Assembly (NCBI RefSeq): GCF_001194135.2
Contig: NC_068994.1
Span: forward strand, 48,069,548-48,133,547
Direction of reading: 5' to 3'
Length of the DNA: 64,000 nucleotides
Source: Octopus bimaculoides
Lineage: Eukaryota
Below are positions 34,922 to 48,200 of the stretch, piece after piece. Under the pieces are notes generated by a model. It saw nothing but the letters and a program-made list of their open reading frames with translations. It searched no databases and was not told the origin of the DNA. Every line of letters begins with the position of its first letter. The first letter of the stretch is position 1. Made by a program: the position numbers and the translations under genes.

Positions 34922-37900
34922 TCAAGATATCATTGGATATTGGTAAAGAAGGTTCTCCTGTTGAATTGGTGCCAAATTAGTTCCACTTTTGCGTACATCA
35001 CATGTGATTGAGCGGACCTGGAAGGTTTGAGAAAAGAGATTAAGGAAAGTTAGTCTTTGAGTTGTCAATGAGTGCATATGTGTGTGTACTTATAATTGTA
35101 GTTAACCCTTTAGTGTTCACATTATTCTGCCAAAATTGATGCTTTTTTATCCACATTGCTTTGAACTAATCATGTATTATCTTGTAGCTATGAGATTTTG
35201 ATAAGGTAGCTGCTAATTTTTAAAACCATATTGTAGGGTTGGTGTGAGAGACCAGATCTGGCCAGTTCTAACATAAAACAGGCAGATTACTTTTGGCCAG
35301 TTAGGGTTAAACTCTCTCCAGATCATCTATCATCAACAGTAGCCAACTCATCACTAGCTTATTTTTTTGTGTGTCAGATATTGTATATTTATGACTATAT
35401 AATCCACTGTATCCTTTCTAGGGTTAGATTTGAGGAAGATTTGGCTGCTATTTCTAGCGGATAGGACCACATAGCTTGTTATTTTCCAATCTTTCAACAA
35501 TGGTAATACACTTTCAGTAAAATTGAGACAGCATATTATATATGTTTATTTTTTTTAATTAATTAACCATCATATAACACTAAATCAAATGTACTTGGGC
35601 TTGCAAGAGTAAGTATCACTACCATTACCATCATTAATCACCTTGACACTAATATGTTAACGTCAGTTATTCTATCAGAATATTTAGAAACTGGGTTAAG
35701 AAATTGGTAATGAAATACTCACAAGTTGAGTAAAGAAAGCAGCTTCTCTTGGTTTCTCTGAATATCTGTCAAACTGATCCAAACTATCTTGTAACTTCAG
35801 TGTGAGAGTATCATAATTACTCTGTACCACTTCCAATACCTTCAATAGTTGCAAAATATAAGATAGTGAAAATTATTGGTAAAAGGCCAACCTTTGAATA
35901 GATTAAATATAGTATTTTGCTAGTTACTTCATACTTCAATGGTGGGACAAAAAGCGAAGTTGATTGGACTAGGATTTGAATAAAAAGATTGGATAAATGT
36001 TCATGGTTAATAAAATTAGGTGAGTGAGCTGGCAAAAATGTTAGCATGCTGGGTGAAATGCTTAGTGGTACTTCATCTGTCTTTATGTTCTGCGTTCAAA
36101 TTCTGCCAAAGTCTACTTTGCCTTTCATCCTTTCAGGGTCAATAAGAGCACCGGAGTTGATGTAATCAACTTCACTACTCCTGGGTAAGAGTAGAAAAAC
36201 TGCATCCCTCTGCCAAATCGTGTTGATCTAGTGTGGGCAGAACAGGCTCAACAAACCTGTATGACCTCAAGTCATTCTCTGATGGAGAGAATATGCTGAA
36301 GCCTTCAACTGACTGGACTGAACATGGGTGATCCAATCCAATAAAATAAGGTGGTTTTAAACTTGCCTGACACAATGGTGAAAATAGAAAAATAATATAC
36401 ATGCAAACTTTGTCATTTCCTCATTAAGAAAGAGGAAGAGGAATAAAAAAAAAATTTCATTAATTTTTGGGAGTGGGATTCTGGTATTTGTCAGTTTGAG
36501 AGTCCCTATTGTAAGGCATTTCCTGACAAAACACCACCATTTTGAGAATCGCTGGTGAGATGAATGTTCTGTATTCTCTTCCAATGGCTGGTCTGTTTCT
36601 GTTTGCTTATTGTTACTGTTGAGATTTAGTCTCAGATAAGCTTTGATACAGTAAGGTTGTATTCAAAGGATTTCCAGCTGAGACCATCCTTTACTTTTCT
36701 TTCAGATGCAGTATATCTATGACTACATTAACTACAATGGTTGGTAGCTGATAGGACTCAAATAGGATTTTGAGTGGGCCCCCCCCCCCCTAACTGAGCT
36801 CTTGTTCATCAATGTCCAAATATTCATCAGCTTTTTTCTTAGCAAATAAAAAAATACAACAGTGTTTCTACCTGTTTCTCTGTTAGAGATGATAAATGGT
36901 TCTGTGCAGCCCAAGAATCCACTTTAGGGGAAAAATGGTTAATAATGGCTCTGAAAGACAAAGAAATATAGCAATATTAATACCAGATACACACAAGTGT
37001 GTGTGTGTGCATTTATGTACATATATTTGGTAGAAAATAGAGGATAACTAGAACTCAATACAGGAGTATATGTTTTTATTCTTCAGAAGTTATGTAAGTG
37101 ACTAAAGAGCCAAAAGTTGGAAAGAATACTTTTAACAAAAAAAAAAAAAAAAATTAAATGATAACATTCTAGTTGTGGGCGCGGGCCTCCTTAGTCTACT
37201 GGCTACCAATATTTTTTAGACCCAGTCCGCCATTATATATATACACACACACATACATACATAACAACACATACTATTCCTCATGTAGACATAATGTTTG
37301 GGACGTAGCAAAAATTAAGAATTAAAAATTAAAAATTTACAGAAAGGAAACTATTAGAAGTTGAGGCGTATATGACTTCATAAATAACAGTGTTGCTGGT
37401 GTGTAAATAAGATAGTTTTTGATTCAGAATTGAAACTGGATCAGAAATCAGAGAGAGAGAGATCTTGTTTAGTGACCATCAGGGAGTTAACATCAGACTA
37501 CAGCATATTCTTTTCAACAAACTCACTTCTTCCAGTTAAGCAATTTTAGGCAGGAATTGAACTCACTTCCTATACATGTAGGTGTATGAAGTTACCTGAT
37601 ATTTCCAAGGTGGTTCTTCAATTTTGCTGCAGAATCTTTCCATTCCCCTTCATTGGTGGTGTACCTTAAAGCTGGGGAGTGAGAGAGACAAACAGAGAGA
37701 TTAGCTGGTCAGATTGTAGTAGTAGTAGTAATAGTAGTAGCAGTGGTAGTGGTAGTGGTGGTAGTGTGCTTCAGACAAGATCATGGAAGAAGTTACTGTT
37801 TATGTACACACACACAAATGCCTTCACACATACATACTGACATGCACACAGCCACACACACATGCAGACACCTGCACACACATTCAGATGTATGCAAACA

Positions 37901-39181
37901 TAAACACATGAGATTTTTTTTTTTTTTCTTGAAACAAACGAACAGATAACCAATGAACCAACCAACCAACCAACCAGCCAACCAACCAACCACAACCAAC
38001 CAACCAACCAACCAACCAACCAGCCAGCTAACCAACCGACTGATCAATCAATCAGCCAACAGACCAATGGAACAAGTAAACCAACTCACCCATAGAATAA
38101 ACATTGTCAAAGACCTGGTGCATTCGAATGATTTCATAATAGAGTTCATCATAACTGGTTGGGTTAGGTAAGAACGTGTCACCATAGGTGATAAATAAGT
38201 TGAAGATGTTGACGACCTGTAAGAAATTACGGCATCAGAACATTATAATACGAAAAACAAGAAAATTTTAAAATGCAATTTTTTTTAATCGTCATACAAT
38301 GGTGTTACACCAAGTGATGGATTGATTCTACCACATTTTGGTCTTGCATCTAAGCTAATTATTTTAATTAAAGCCAGTGAATGTAAGAATGAATAGAATT
38401 ACAGAAAAATAAAAAGCCTTATGTTATTTAACCCTGTTACATCATGTTCCTGCTATAGTGGGAATAGATTGAACATCATCTCTGCTGGATTCCCAATAAA
38501 ACGATAATGAAGAACACACATAGAAAAGGAAGATGCAACCAATTCTGTTCATTAGTTTGCCTGCAATCATTAATCTTAAGCTGTATATATATATTTTTCT
38601 TTTTACTCAGGAGCCCAGGTGGAGCGTATGCTTATCCATAGGAAATGCTAAACATGAAGTTAACAGCTAAAAACTTATTTTCTTTAAAAGATGACGATGA
38701 TGGGGAAGCTTTCATTCATGTCTGTTTGTAACTCAGTAAACTAGAAGAAAAGTATTTCTCCAATGTACCTTCGATGCAACATGAAAGATATTGTGTTTCT
38801 TCACCAAATAGGACTCATGGCTGAGAACAAACTTGAGCAGGTTCATTAAAGCTGGAAATCAAAAAGAAACTGTAATTAACCAAATGCCAGAGTAGCAGAG
38901 GCTACAGTCATGTGACAGCAGCATGTGAATTTGAATTAATGGTGATATGTGGTGGACAGTAGTGGTAGTTGTAGAGAGTGTGTGCTGTATGTGTGTATGT
39001 GCGTCTCTATCAGTTTCTATTTATGCATAAGCATACACATATATATTCTCTGAAGAATTTCTGATAGGAAATTTCTTACATGTTTATGCAACATGTAAAA
39101 CTTTGTCGTGCCTGTTAGTAAATGAAACATATGTAATAGTGAATAAAAAACACCCCAAAATTTTCCAACATCTCCTTTTGT

Positions 39182-39212
<31 letters not shown>

Positions 39213-42200
39213 CTAATATAGGTTCAAATTTTTTCCAAAAATTTCATCAGTGGCCAGAGATAACACGTTTTTAAAAAATTCCGTTAGCTTGCCTTCCTCA
39301 TTTTCAGCACGACGTGTATTCATAGTGATGTATATTGGATGTGGTGATGGACAATTTAAAGTCTATTCTCAGCATATTGGCAGAGAAATCTTTTTTCTTT
39401 TGCCCTTATTTATAATTATATATATAAGAATGCATTTATGTGTTTGAGTGCACCAAAAAGTTACTGACACAGAATTGGAATCAACAGTGAGGTGCTTAAC
39501 CTGTGTTCTGACCTAATCTGACTTGGTACTGACACCATACTGCACTACATCTAAGATGAAGTTGGTTTTAACTGTGTGAACACTAATAACATTATTCACC
39601 AGCCCCACATTTTACAAAAACTACAGAGCCATTGACATTCCATTCCTTACCAGTCCAGAGGTCTTTCCAAGAATACTGTAAGCGCACTCTGCATTTCTTT
39701 TGGTAACACAGCACTCGATGAATGATTCCCAAACAGCGTCTGGAGAGTGAATAAAATTTAATTAGAGAATTGGTGAAATAACGAGCTTTATTATAATAGA
39801 AAAAATATAAAATGATTATAATATTCAAACTTTTCTTCTGAAACTTGGTCATTCCCATTAAAGTGATTGGAAAGAGAGAAGGCATATATTCTACAGTACA
39901 AACCCAAAGGAACTAGATAAAAGTTAACTGCATGGAAATCCTATCAATAAAATTTGAAATTGAAATGGATTCTAAACAATTTAAATTGAATGGAATAACA
40001 GTCATAGTTTAGGTATGAGTAAAATAGTATTCTTTATCTGTGTATGTTTAAATATTAGTAGATGTTATAATTATCTAATTAAAATTGCTCCAGACATTAT
40101 GTAAGGTTTTAAATATCTAATACTCATAACTGGAGAAGAAGAAAAGGAAAATTGCATGCACCCAGTACACTCTGTAAAGTGATTGGTATTTGGAAGAGCA
40201 TCCAGTTGTAGAAACCATGCCAAAATCAGACTATGGAACTGGTACAGCTCCTGGCCTTGACAGCAGGGAAAATGAACGTATAATGATGATGATGATGTAC
40301 ATTGTACTAACAATATTCTGGGTTATGACAAATTTTGTATGAGAACACAAACCAAAGTGTCATTTTCCTATAGATCAAAACGAAGTGAAACAACACACAT
40401 GATTTTCTTTGTAATAACAGAACAGTTGATGAATATCGTTTCATATCCTTGATGAAACTATTTTAATCATATGTAATACATGCCATGCTGTATATTATAG
40501 ACATGTACAAAAATTTCTATGAAATATACCCTTGCCCAAACTACTATCAATTACACACAATTTTCTTTTTCTTCCCTACTGATTAATATAGATGTATGAA
40601 ACAATTAAAGTATGGAGCAATTTTAACAACTACTAACATACATTGTGTTCTTCCCCAATCTTCCCTTTGTTCATTTGTGTTACATCTGTTTTTCCATACT
40701 TGCAGGGGCCAGAGGAATATGTTATATGGGGCATTGTTTTACAGCTGGATGCTGTTCTGATGCTAAGCCTTACCTGTTTTTCAAGTGAGGGATAACTTAA
40801 CTCCACACGGCTTTGAAGGTGTGATGTGACAGGCGAAATTGAAAACACCACCCACTGTACTTTTGATTAAGCAGTCACAGACGTAAACAAACACACAGAT
40901 ATGCATGCAAATACACACACACATAAACACATGCACACACACACACACACACATGCAGCTATTGCAGCTGGCACCTCACATCTAGTTATTCAAAATGATG
41001 TGTCCAGTCTAATAATTGGGAACATGAAATTCGAATCATTAGATGTGAGGTGTCAGCTATAGAACTATAAGCAACTCTTGTCCCTTGATGCTGAACACTG
41101 TTTTGAACTTCTTGACCCTACCCACACACACACAAACATAAATTGGCAAAGCCTATTCCCTCTTTGCTAGCTCTAAGGAAAGGGATGTAAAACAAGTAAC
41201 TAAAGCAAATAATAAATATCAAAAACAAATACTTACAGATGCAACTCAGAAGGAAAGTTCTTCATTAAATGACTGAGAATGAATTCCACCATCAGATCTG
41301 GAAAAAGATTTTTAAAGCAAATGACATTGTAATTTAAGACAGTTCTTTATTCAAGATTAAATACAAGGACAATTTTTATGTGTGTGTGTGTGTGAGAGAG
41401 AGAGGAGAGGGAGAGTGAGAGAGAGAGAAAGAGATGAATTATCCACTCTCTCTTGCTTCATCTACTAAAATATTGCCAATATCTTCCTTTCATTGTCCCC
41501 CCGCCCCAAGTGGGGTGAAAAGGAAAACTGACTTTGAGAGGTTTTGAACTCAGGATCAAGAGAACCAAAATCAAATATTGTAAAGTATTTAGTTTAGGAC
41601 TCTACAATAACATGGTCATTTCTTCACTAACCATTTGGCTTAAATAATAAAATTATAATGAAGATGAATCATACATAGGCAAAAGGCTAGCTGCTTGCTC
41701 TAGAATATTACTGGTACCAGTAGAACTTGAAATCAGATTGAAGAGCGCTGAAACTATATACTGTAATGCATCTAGTCTGATATGGCACAATAGCAAAATC
41801 ATGTCAACATATTTAATATATGAAAACATTGGTTTCAAATTTTGGCACAAGGCCAGCAAGCTCAGAGGAGGGGGGGTGAGTCAATTACATTGACCCCAAT
41901 GTTGAACTGGTACTTATTTCATCAACCCTACTGAAAGGATGAAAAGCAAAGTTGACCTTGGTGGAATCTGAACTCAGAACCTAAAGAAAGATGAAATGTT
42001 GCTTAAGAATTTGCCTGGTGTGCTAATGGTTCTGACAGTTTGTTGCCTTAATGAACCAAAATATTGATTTTATTTTTTTACATTGGCACAGAGCTCCACA
42101 TTTATCAGAGAATGGAGTAGAGTTGAAGATAGTGACATAAGTACATCATTCTTATGATACTGGTACATAAAAGTACTGGGCATGGGTACTTTTATGTGGC

Positions 42201-45200
42201 ACTGGGAAGGGTGCTTCAGAGGTTGGGCCTCACAGAGGGGATGACAATGGACCAAGGCTTCTGGTGATTTGCTGTGCTTGAGAAGATATGTCAAGCTAAA
42301 ACATATCCGTATGTCCTTTACGGCCATGCCCTCACTCCCTCTCTCAGATGAGATGTCCTTGTCTTGCAGCCTGGCAGGTATTGGTGCCATGTAAAAAGCA
42401 TCTGTGCCAGTGAACAGTAGTAACAATAGGTTATGGGGTTGGCATACATACTCAGCACTAAAAATAAAAGAAAACAAAAACAGTAGTAGCAGCAGCTGCA
42501 ACAGTAATACAAAGCCAATGAGGGAGTTTCTATGTCATTACTTGACATACTAGAAATATCAGCCAAATCACCCTCAAATTACACCCTACCACCTTAAAAG
42601 AGAGATCTGCATCAGGGTTGCATGTAGCTCAATAACACTACCAGAACACATTGTATAAGGTAGTCCTAGGCTCACTATGTCTACTGATGGCTGGATCAAA
42701 GCTATCCGAGATGATAAATCAACTGCAACAACAAAAATATATGAGAACAACTTACCAAGAAGTGCACAGACCAACGGACGACACATAGGAAATTGGTCTA
42801 CATTAACCTTCCGATGTCGCATAGGCTACAAGACAATACAGTAGAGGTGTCAGAGTCTTTTTTGAATTAACAATTACAAACAAACCTAACTGGAAAAAAG
42901 AAATACATAGAAGTAAATAGATAAATAAAACTCACCATTCTGTGCAATGGAACACGAAATGTCATATTATTATCGGTCATTAAAGAATTGGCATACTGAT
43001 CCTGGAATTACAGACAAAACACCAACATTAATGTTAACACCTAAAAGTATTGCATTTACTGTTTTCTAACATCTATTTTATCACACCAACAACAGTAGAA
43101 TAAGAGAAATTGAGAGACTGCAGCTAATTCTTTGCAACTGGATTACCTCCTTTATACTTTTAACCACACAGCTACGAAGTGGGAGTAGTTCCCGTTTTAT
43201 TGTTAACCAGAAAATTCCATATCTTTACTTACCTCAGCAATGCAATTGAGTATTATTAAACATAGTTTAGCATTGTTATATCTAGTTTCATCTGAAATAA
43301 ACAAAAACATAGTGAATCTAAAATATAGTTTACAGTTAACAACAACCACAATTCAGATTTACTTTATAAAAACTAAAAAATACCACAATTGAGTGAATTA
43401 AATGTCACAGGCGAGTTCAATTTTATAGCATGCATTTTGTGGACAGCAGCATTGTTGCAACATAGGTTGCATCACTGGTGCCTTGCATTACCAATGGTGA
43501 GAGTGACAAGGGAGTGTTTGTACAACTGAGGCAGAATAAATACCACCAAAAGGTATTTTTGTTTGACGTACTGGTTTTACAGACAATTCCTTTGCCAATC
43601 TGAATATCTGTTATACATTCTGCAGAGCTTGTGTCAGCTAAATTTCATGCACAAGACATTGATCAACTGAAGGTTATGGCAGAAGATACTTGCCCAAAGT
43701 GCAATGCAGTGAGATTGAACTCAGAACTCAGAAGCACTGATATAAAAGGTATCAGGGTACCATGGGGTACCAATCTGAGACAACAGTCTGTTGTGATAAA
43801 ATCTTTACCTTTTGTGTCCTGCATAACGATGGAACTGTATTCTAGAAATGTGACCAACAAGTTGGTCGGCTGTTTCGTTGGTTCATCTGGATTTAATGTG
43901 GCATCTGAAACTGGAGAGAGTGACATATGATAAGATTATTTGACGTAATGATAAAGTGAGATGGATGTGGAGATATAAATACTGAGAAGGGAAAACTGAC
44001 AGAAAGCAGAGAAGTGGCACACAGGTCAATGAGGTGTGACACTAGACAGGAAAGAGAAGTGGAAGATAAGACAAAGACTTGTGGCACAGAGTGGGGTGAC
44101 TGGGATATGATCCAATGAGGATGCATAGGGTGGGAAAGTAGGCAATGAGATGTAGCTCAGAACAGAGAGGTGGAACATGAAACATGCAGGGCAAGGAGAT
44201 GGGACAGGAAAATGGGACAGGAAAATAGGACAGGGGAACAGGGTGCTACAACACTGGACACAAACACACACACACACCCCTGGTGTAATGTTTATTTCAA
44301 CTTTTTTTAGAAAGATGTCATAATAGTTTTCAAACCAACTACCACAGTAGCTATTTAGAGCTAGATGGACTCTAGCAAACTGATAACTATTTACAAATAA
44401 ATTGATTGTACCACCACATGGTGTATAGTTGAATGAACTGTACCATCTAATGGCACCTATAAAGTGTACCGCTGCAATGGAGTACACATATGTACAGACT
44501 TTACTTTCTCATGTACCTATCTACAGTAAGGCAAACTATTTAACTGTGGATTTATTTACAGCTAAGTGGACTGTACTATCCCATGATCCATATTTCCTGC
44601 TGATGGACTAGAGCACTTCAGAATTGACTGTCTTAACTAGACATGAGACAGCTTTTAATTGAACACTGGTAAATTTGGTCCAGATGGACTATATGTAATC
44701 TGAACCTTTCCCCCCTTGTTTTATTTTATTTTTTTTACGGAATCCTACGTTTTAGGCTATGGAGATGCCGATTCTGAAATTTTTTTTTCAAAAATCTCAA
44801 TTTCAAAATTTCGNNNNNNNNNNNNNNNNNNNNNNNNNNNNNNNNNNNNNNNNNNNNNNNNNNNNNNNNNNNNNNNNNNNNNNNNNNNNNNNNNNNNNNN
44901 NNNNNNNNNNNNNNNNNNNNNNNNNNNNNNNNNNNNNNNNNNNNNNNNNNNNNNNNNNNNNNNNNNNNNNNNNNNNNNNNNNNNNNNNNNNNNNNNNNNN
45001 NNNNNNNNNNNNNNNNNNNNNNNNNNNNNNNNNNNNNNNNNNNNNNNNNNNNNNNNNNNNNNNNNNNNNNNNNNNNNNNNNNNNNNNNNNNNNAAAAAAA
45101 TTAATAAATAAGGGGGGGAAAGGTTCAGATTACATATAGTCCGTCTCTACCGTAAATTTCGTAGTGCTATCACTGCTTGAAGCAGTAAGCTGTTACTGAG

Positions 45201-48200
45201 AAGACAATGAAAATGCAAGAAAAAAAAGCAAACTTACCTTGTTCTTCTGTTGGTAATGAGGTAGGGAATGCTGGAGATGCAGGTGGTGTTGCTGGTGTAG
45301 ATGGTGTGTGTGCCTAGTGAATGATGGTTTATAAAACTTGATAAGTGAATTAGCTAACGAAATATCTCATGTATTCATGATAAACAAATATCTCATCACA
45401 ATACAACATGTATAAACTTCTACAGGTTTCAGTCATTGACTGCAGTTATGGAGTCATATTGCCTTCATATATAGATGACATAGAAATATATTAATTTATT
45501 ACAGTTTTTTTCCTCTATAAACACCCTTCCTGATATTTTGTCTTCGAGCGGGTGACACGTAAAAGCACCCACTACACTCTCTGAGTGGTTGGCATTAGGA
45601 AGGGCATCCAGCTGTAGAAACTCTGCCAAATTAGATTGGAGCCTGGTGTAGCCATCTGGTTTCACCAGTCCTCAGTCAAGTCGTCCAACCCATGCTAGCA
45701 TGGAAAGCGGACGTTAAACGATGATGATGATGATGAAACCCACCCTGGCACCTCATCACCATCACCTCTTTCCAGTCTCACCTTAATTACTCCCATCCAT
45801 TCTTGTATAATGCAAGTAGCCATGTATCTCCTCTACAGCAAGAAGAAAAAAAAGTCTGTCCCTGCCCCATCCTTCATATTTTAACCTTTCATCACCTAGC
45901 ATAATGTTAGTGTCCCACACAATCAAAAGGATCTTAGTCTTGCAACCTCACAGGAGCTGGCTCCACAAGAAAAAAAGCAACCAGTACACTCTGTAAAGTG
46001 GTAGACATTAGGAAGGACATACAAATCAAAGGAGTTGCAACGACGATCATTCTATCTTTTTGGCTGCTATTTCTAGAGCAGGTCAGGTGACCATGTAAGG
46101 ACTCCCTCACTAGCTTGACTTTATACTAAGTTTGAAAGAATCATAAAGTTTTTACATTTTGAGAAACTAAAAATTGTATTGTACTGCTGAGTTACGTATC
46201 TTAAATGTGTGTGTGTTAGCAGGTTAGTGTGGATTTCATTTTTCACTTCCTTTTTACACAATGCCTTACACTACTTGTATACAATTTTTATACCTTTAAT
46301 AAGTCAAGCAAAGAAAGACAGCAATGAAAGCTAGAATTAAACAGAATAAAACACAAACATATAGAAAAGTAGGCATTAAAAAGCATTACAAGAAAAGGGT
46401 ACACAGGCACAGATTTTGGGAATCATGGAATTCTTGCAGTGTCCTGACAACTGATACAGGTAGTTTATTGCATACTTAACAAGTCTGAGTGTGAAATAGT
46501 GTTTCTGAAAGTCATGGGTGCTGTGCTATGTTTTGATTTTAGAAGCATGTCCATGAGGTGGCCAAAGTTGTTGTTGGAAAGATGGTGGATAATTTTGAGG
46601 GTTTCTATTAAATCTGCTACTATATGGTGAAACTTTAGTGTGTTGAGGCCCAAATAAGTAATGTACTCAAGATGTGATAAGTGACTGAGAAAGAGTAATT
46701 GCCTGATTACACATCTCTGGAAAGCTTGTTATATTGTACTATATATGTGGATTCGTGGTTTACTGTGCGTGTGTTTGTTCATTTTTCTGTCTTTTACTTT
46801 GTGTAGCTATCTGGTTGAAATTTACATTGTGTAAGAAAAATAAATGAAGAAAACTCCAGATAATACTAACATGTGTCAGAGCTGTGATGAAATTACGATT
46901 TAAGTGAATAGCTTCATAAAGGGCCAGTAAGATGGAATCATTGGCTCTGAAAATATATGAAAACATACAAAACAATACAATTCCTAATAACGTTTAATTA
47001 TAAAAATATAATAACAGGATTTTTTTAAACATTGAATGGCTATGAAGGTCCACCCATGTAAAATGGGAATCAAAGAGGTTCATAGGCAAAAGATGGTTGT
47101 GAAACACTGTATTAGACTATGACTGATAAGAAAGACCAGTTGGTCATAGCTGAAGCACCTTTAATTACAGGACCTGCTGGATTAGTAAAAATAATTATAA
47201 AATAGATTAGTCCCCTCCCCCCGAAAACTTAACGTTTTTATATTTACCTGACTGATTCCACTGTCTTCTCTTCTGCAACAAACATGTTACCAACCTAAAA
47301 ATAACATAAATAAATATTTGTTATTTTGAAATGAATTCAATAAAATATTCCACAAGTGACTATGTTAGAAACCAAAATTTAACCCACAATTTTGGTTTCT
47401 ACTTGATCAAATGTAATTTCAATTTTTGTCTTTTAATCATTTCAATACCAAACCACTTGAGGCTGTCCCTTGTTCTTTGATATGGAATTTCTATTTTAAA
47501 GAGATTTAAATTAAAACTTTCTATCAAAATTTCTCATTATTTTATGTTCCAAACACCAGGTTAATAACGACAAAGAATTTTACTAAATTTTTCATTATTT
47601 TCAAAATTAATTGAAACAACAGAAATGTTGTAAGAAAAAGCTTAACAGATCATTAAGGACTACATTATCTAATGTTTCATGTTTTTTTTTTCAAAGGTAA
47701 GACACATTGTATGAAAATAAAAATAAAAGATAAAATAATGGATGGTCACTTTTGAAATGTCTTGGATCAAGATTGACCTGGGAAACAAACAACTATGAAT
47801 TAGAAATTTAAAAAAAAAAAAAAAAACATTGCTGCAGTCATCTCCCCTGATTCCTCGCTACCCTCCAACTCTTCAATTCGCTGACATACAAACGTAATCA
47901 GACAATTCCATCACAACATTTCAAATGAATTAATGTATTAAGTAAGAAACAATTGAAACTTCGAATTTAAATAACATTACTCCAATGTCACTCCAATAAC
48001 ATTCCTCAGGAATTAATAATCAAAGAAATTTCAGCTGACAATATGCAAATGAGAAATATCACCTGATGTATCATAAGATAAAATGTACAAGTTAAAGTCG
48101 CAAAACACCAATAATCGATCCTTCTGTGTTCAGAAGAAATGATGAATCGGGTTATCACGTACTGATATGTGAGACATGTCGCCGTTTACCTTGTTACGAC

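Noticed and set aside
37743-38171. Overlapping ORFs with WLVG/NQPT repeats
   Set aside because: Translations of the (AACC)n and (CA)n microsatellites.
1035-45139. ORFs full of X at the five gaps
   Set aside because: Artefacts of N runs lacking stops.
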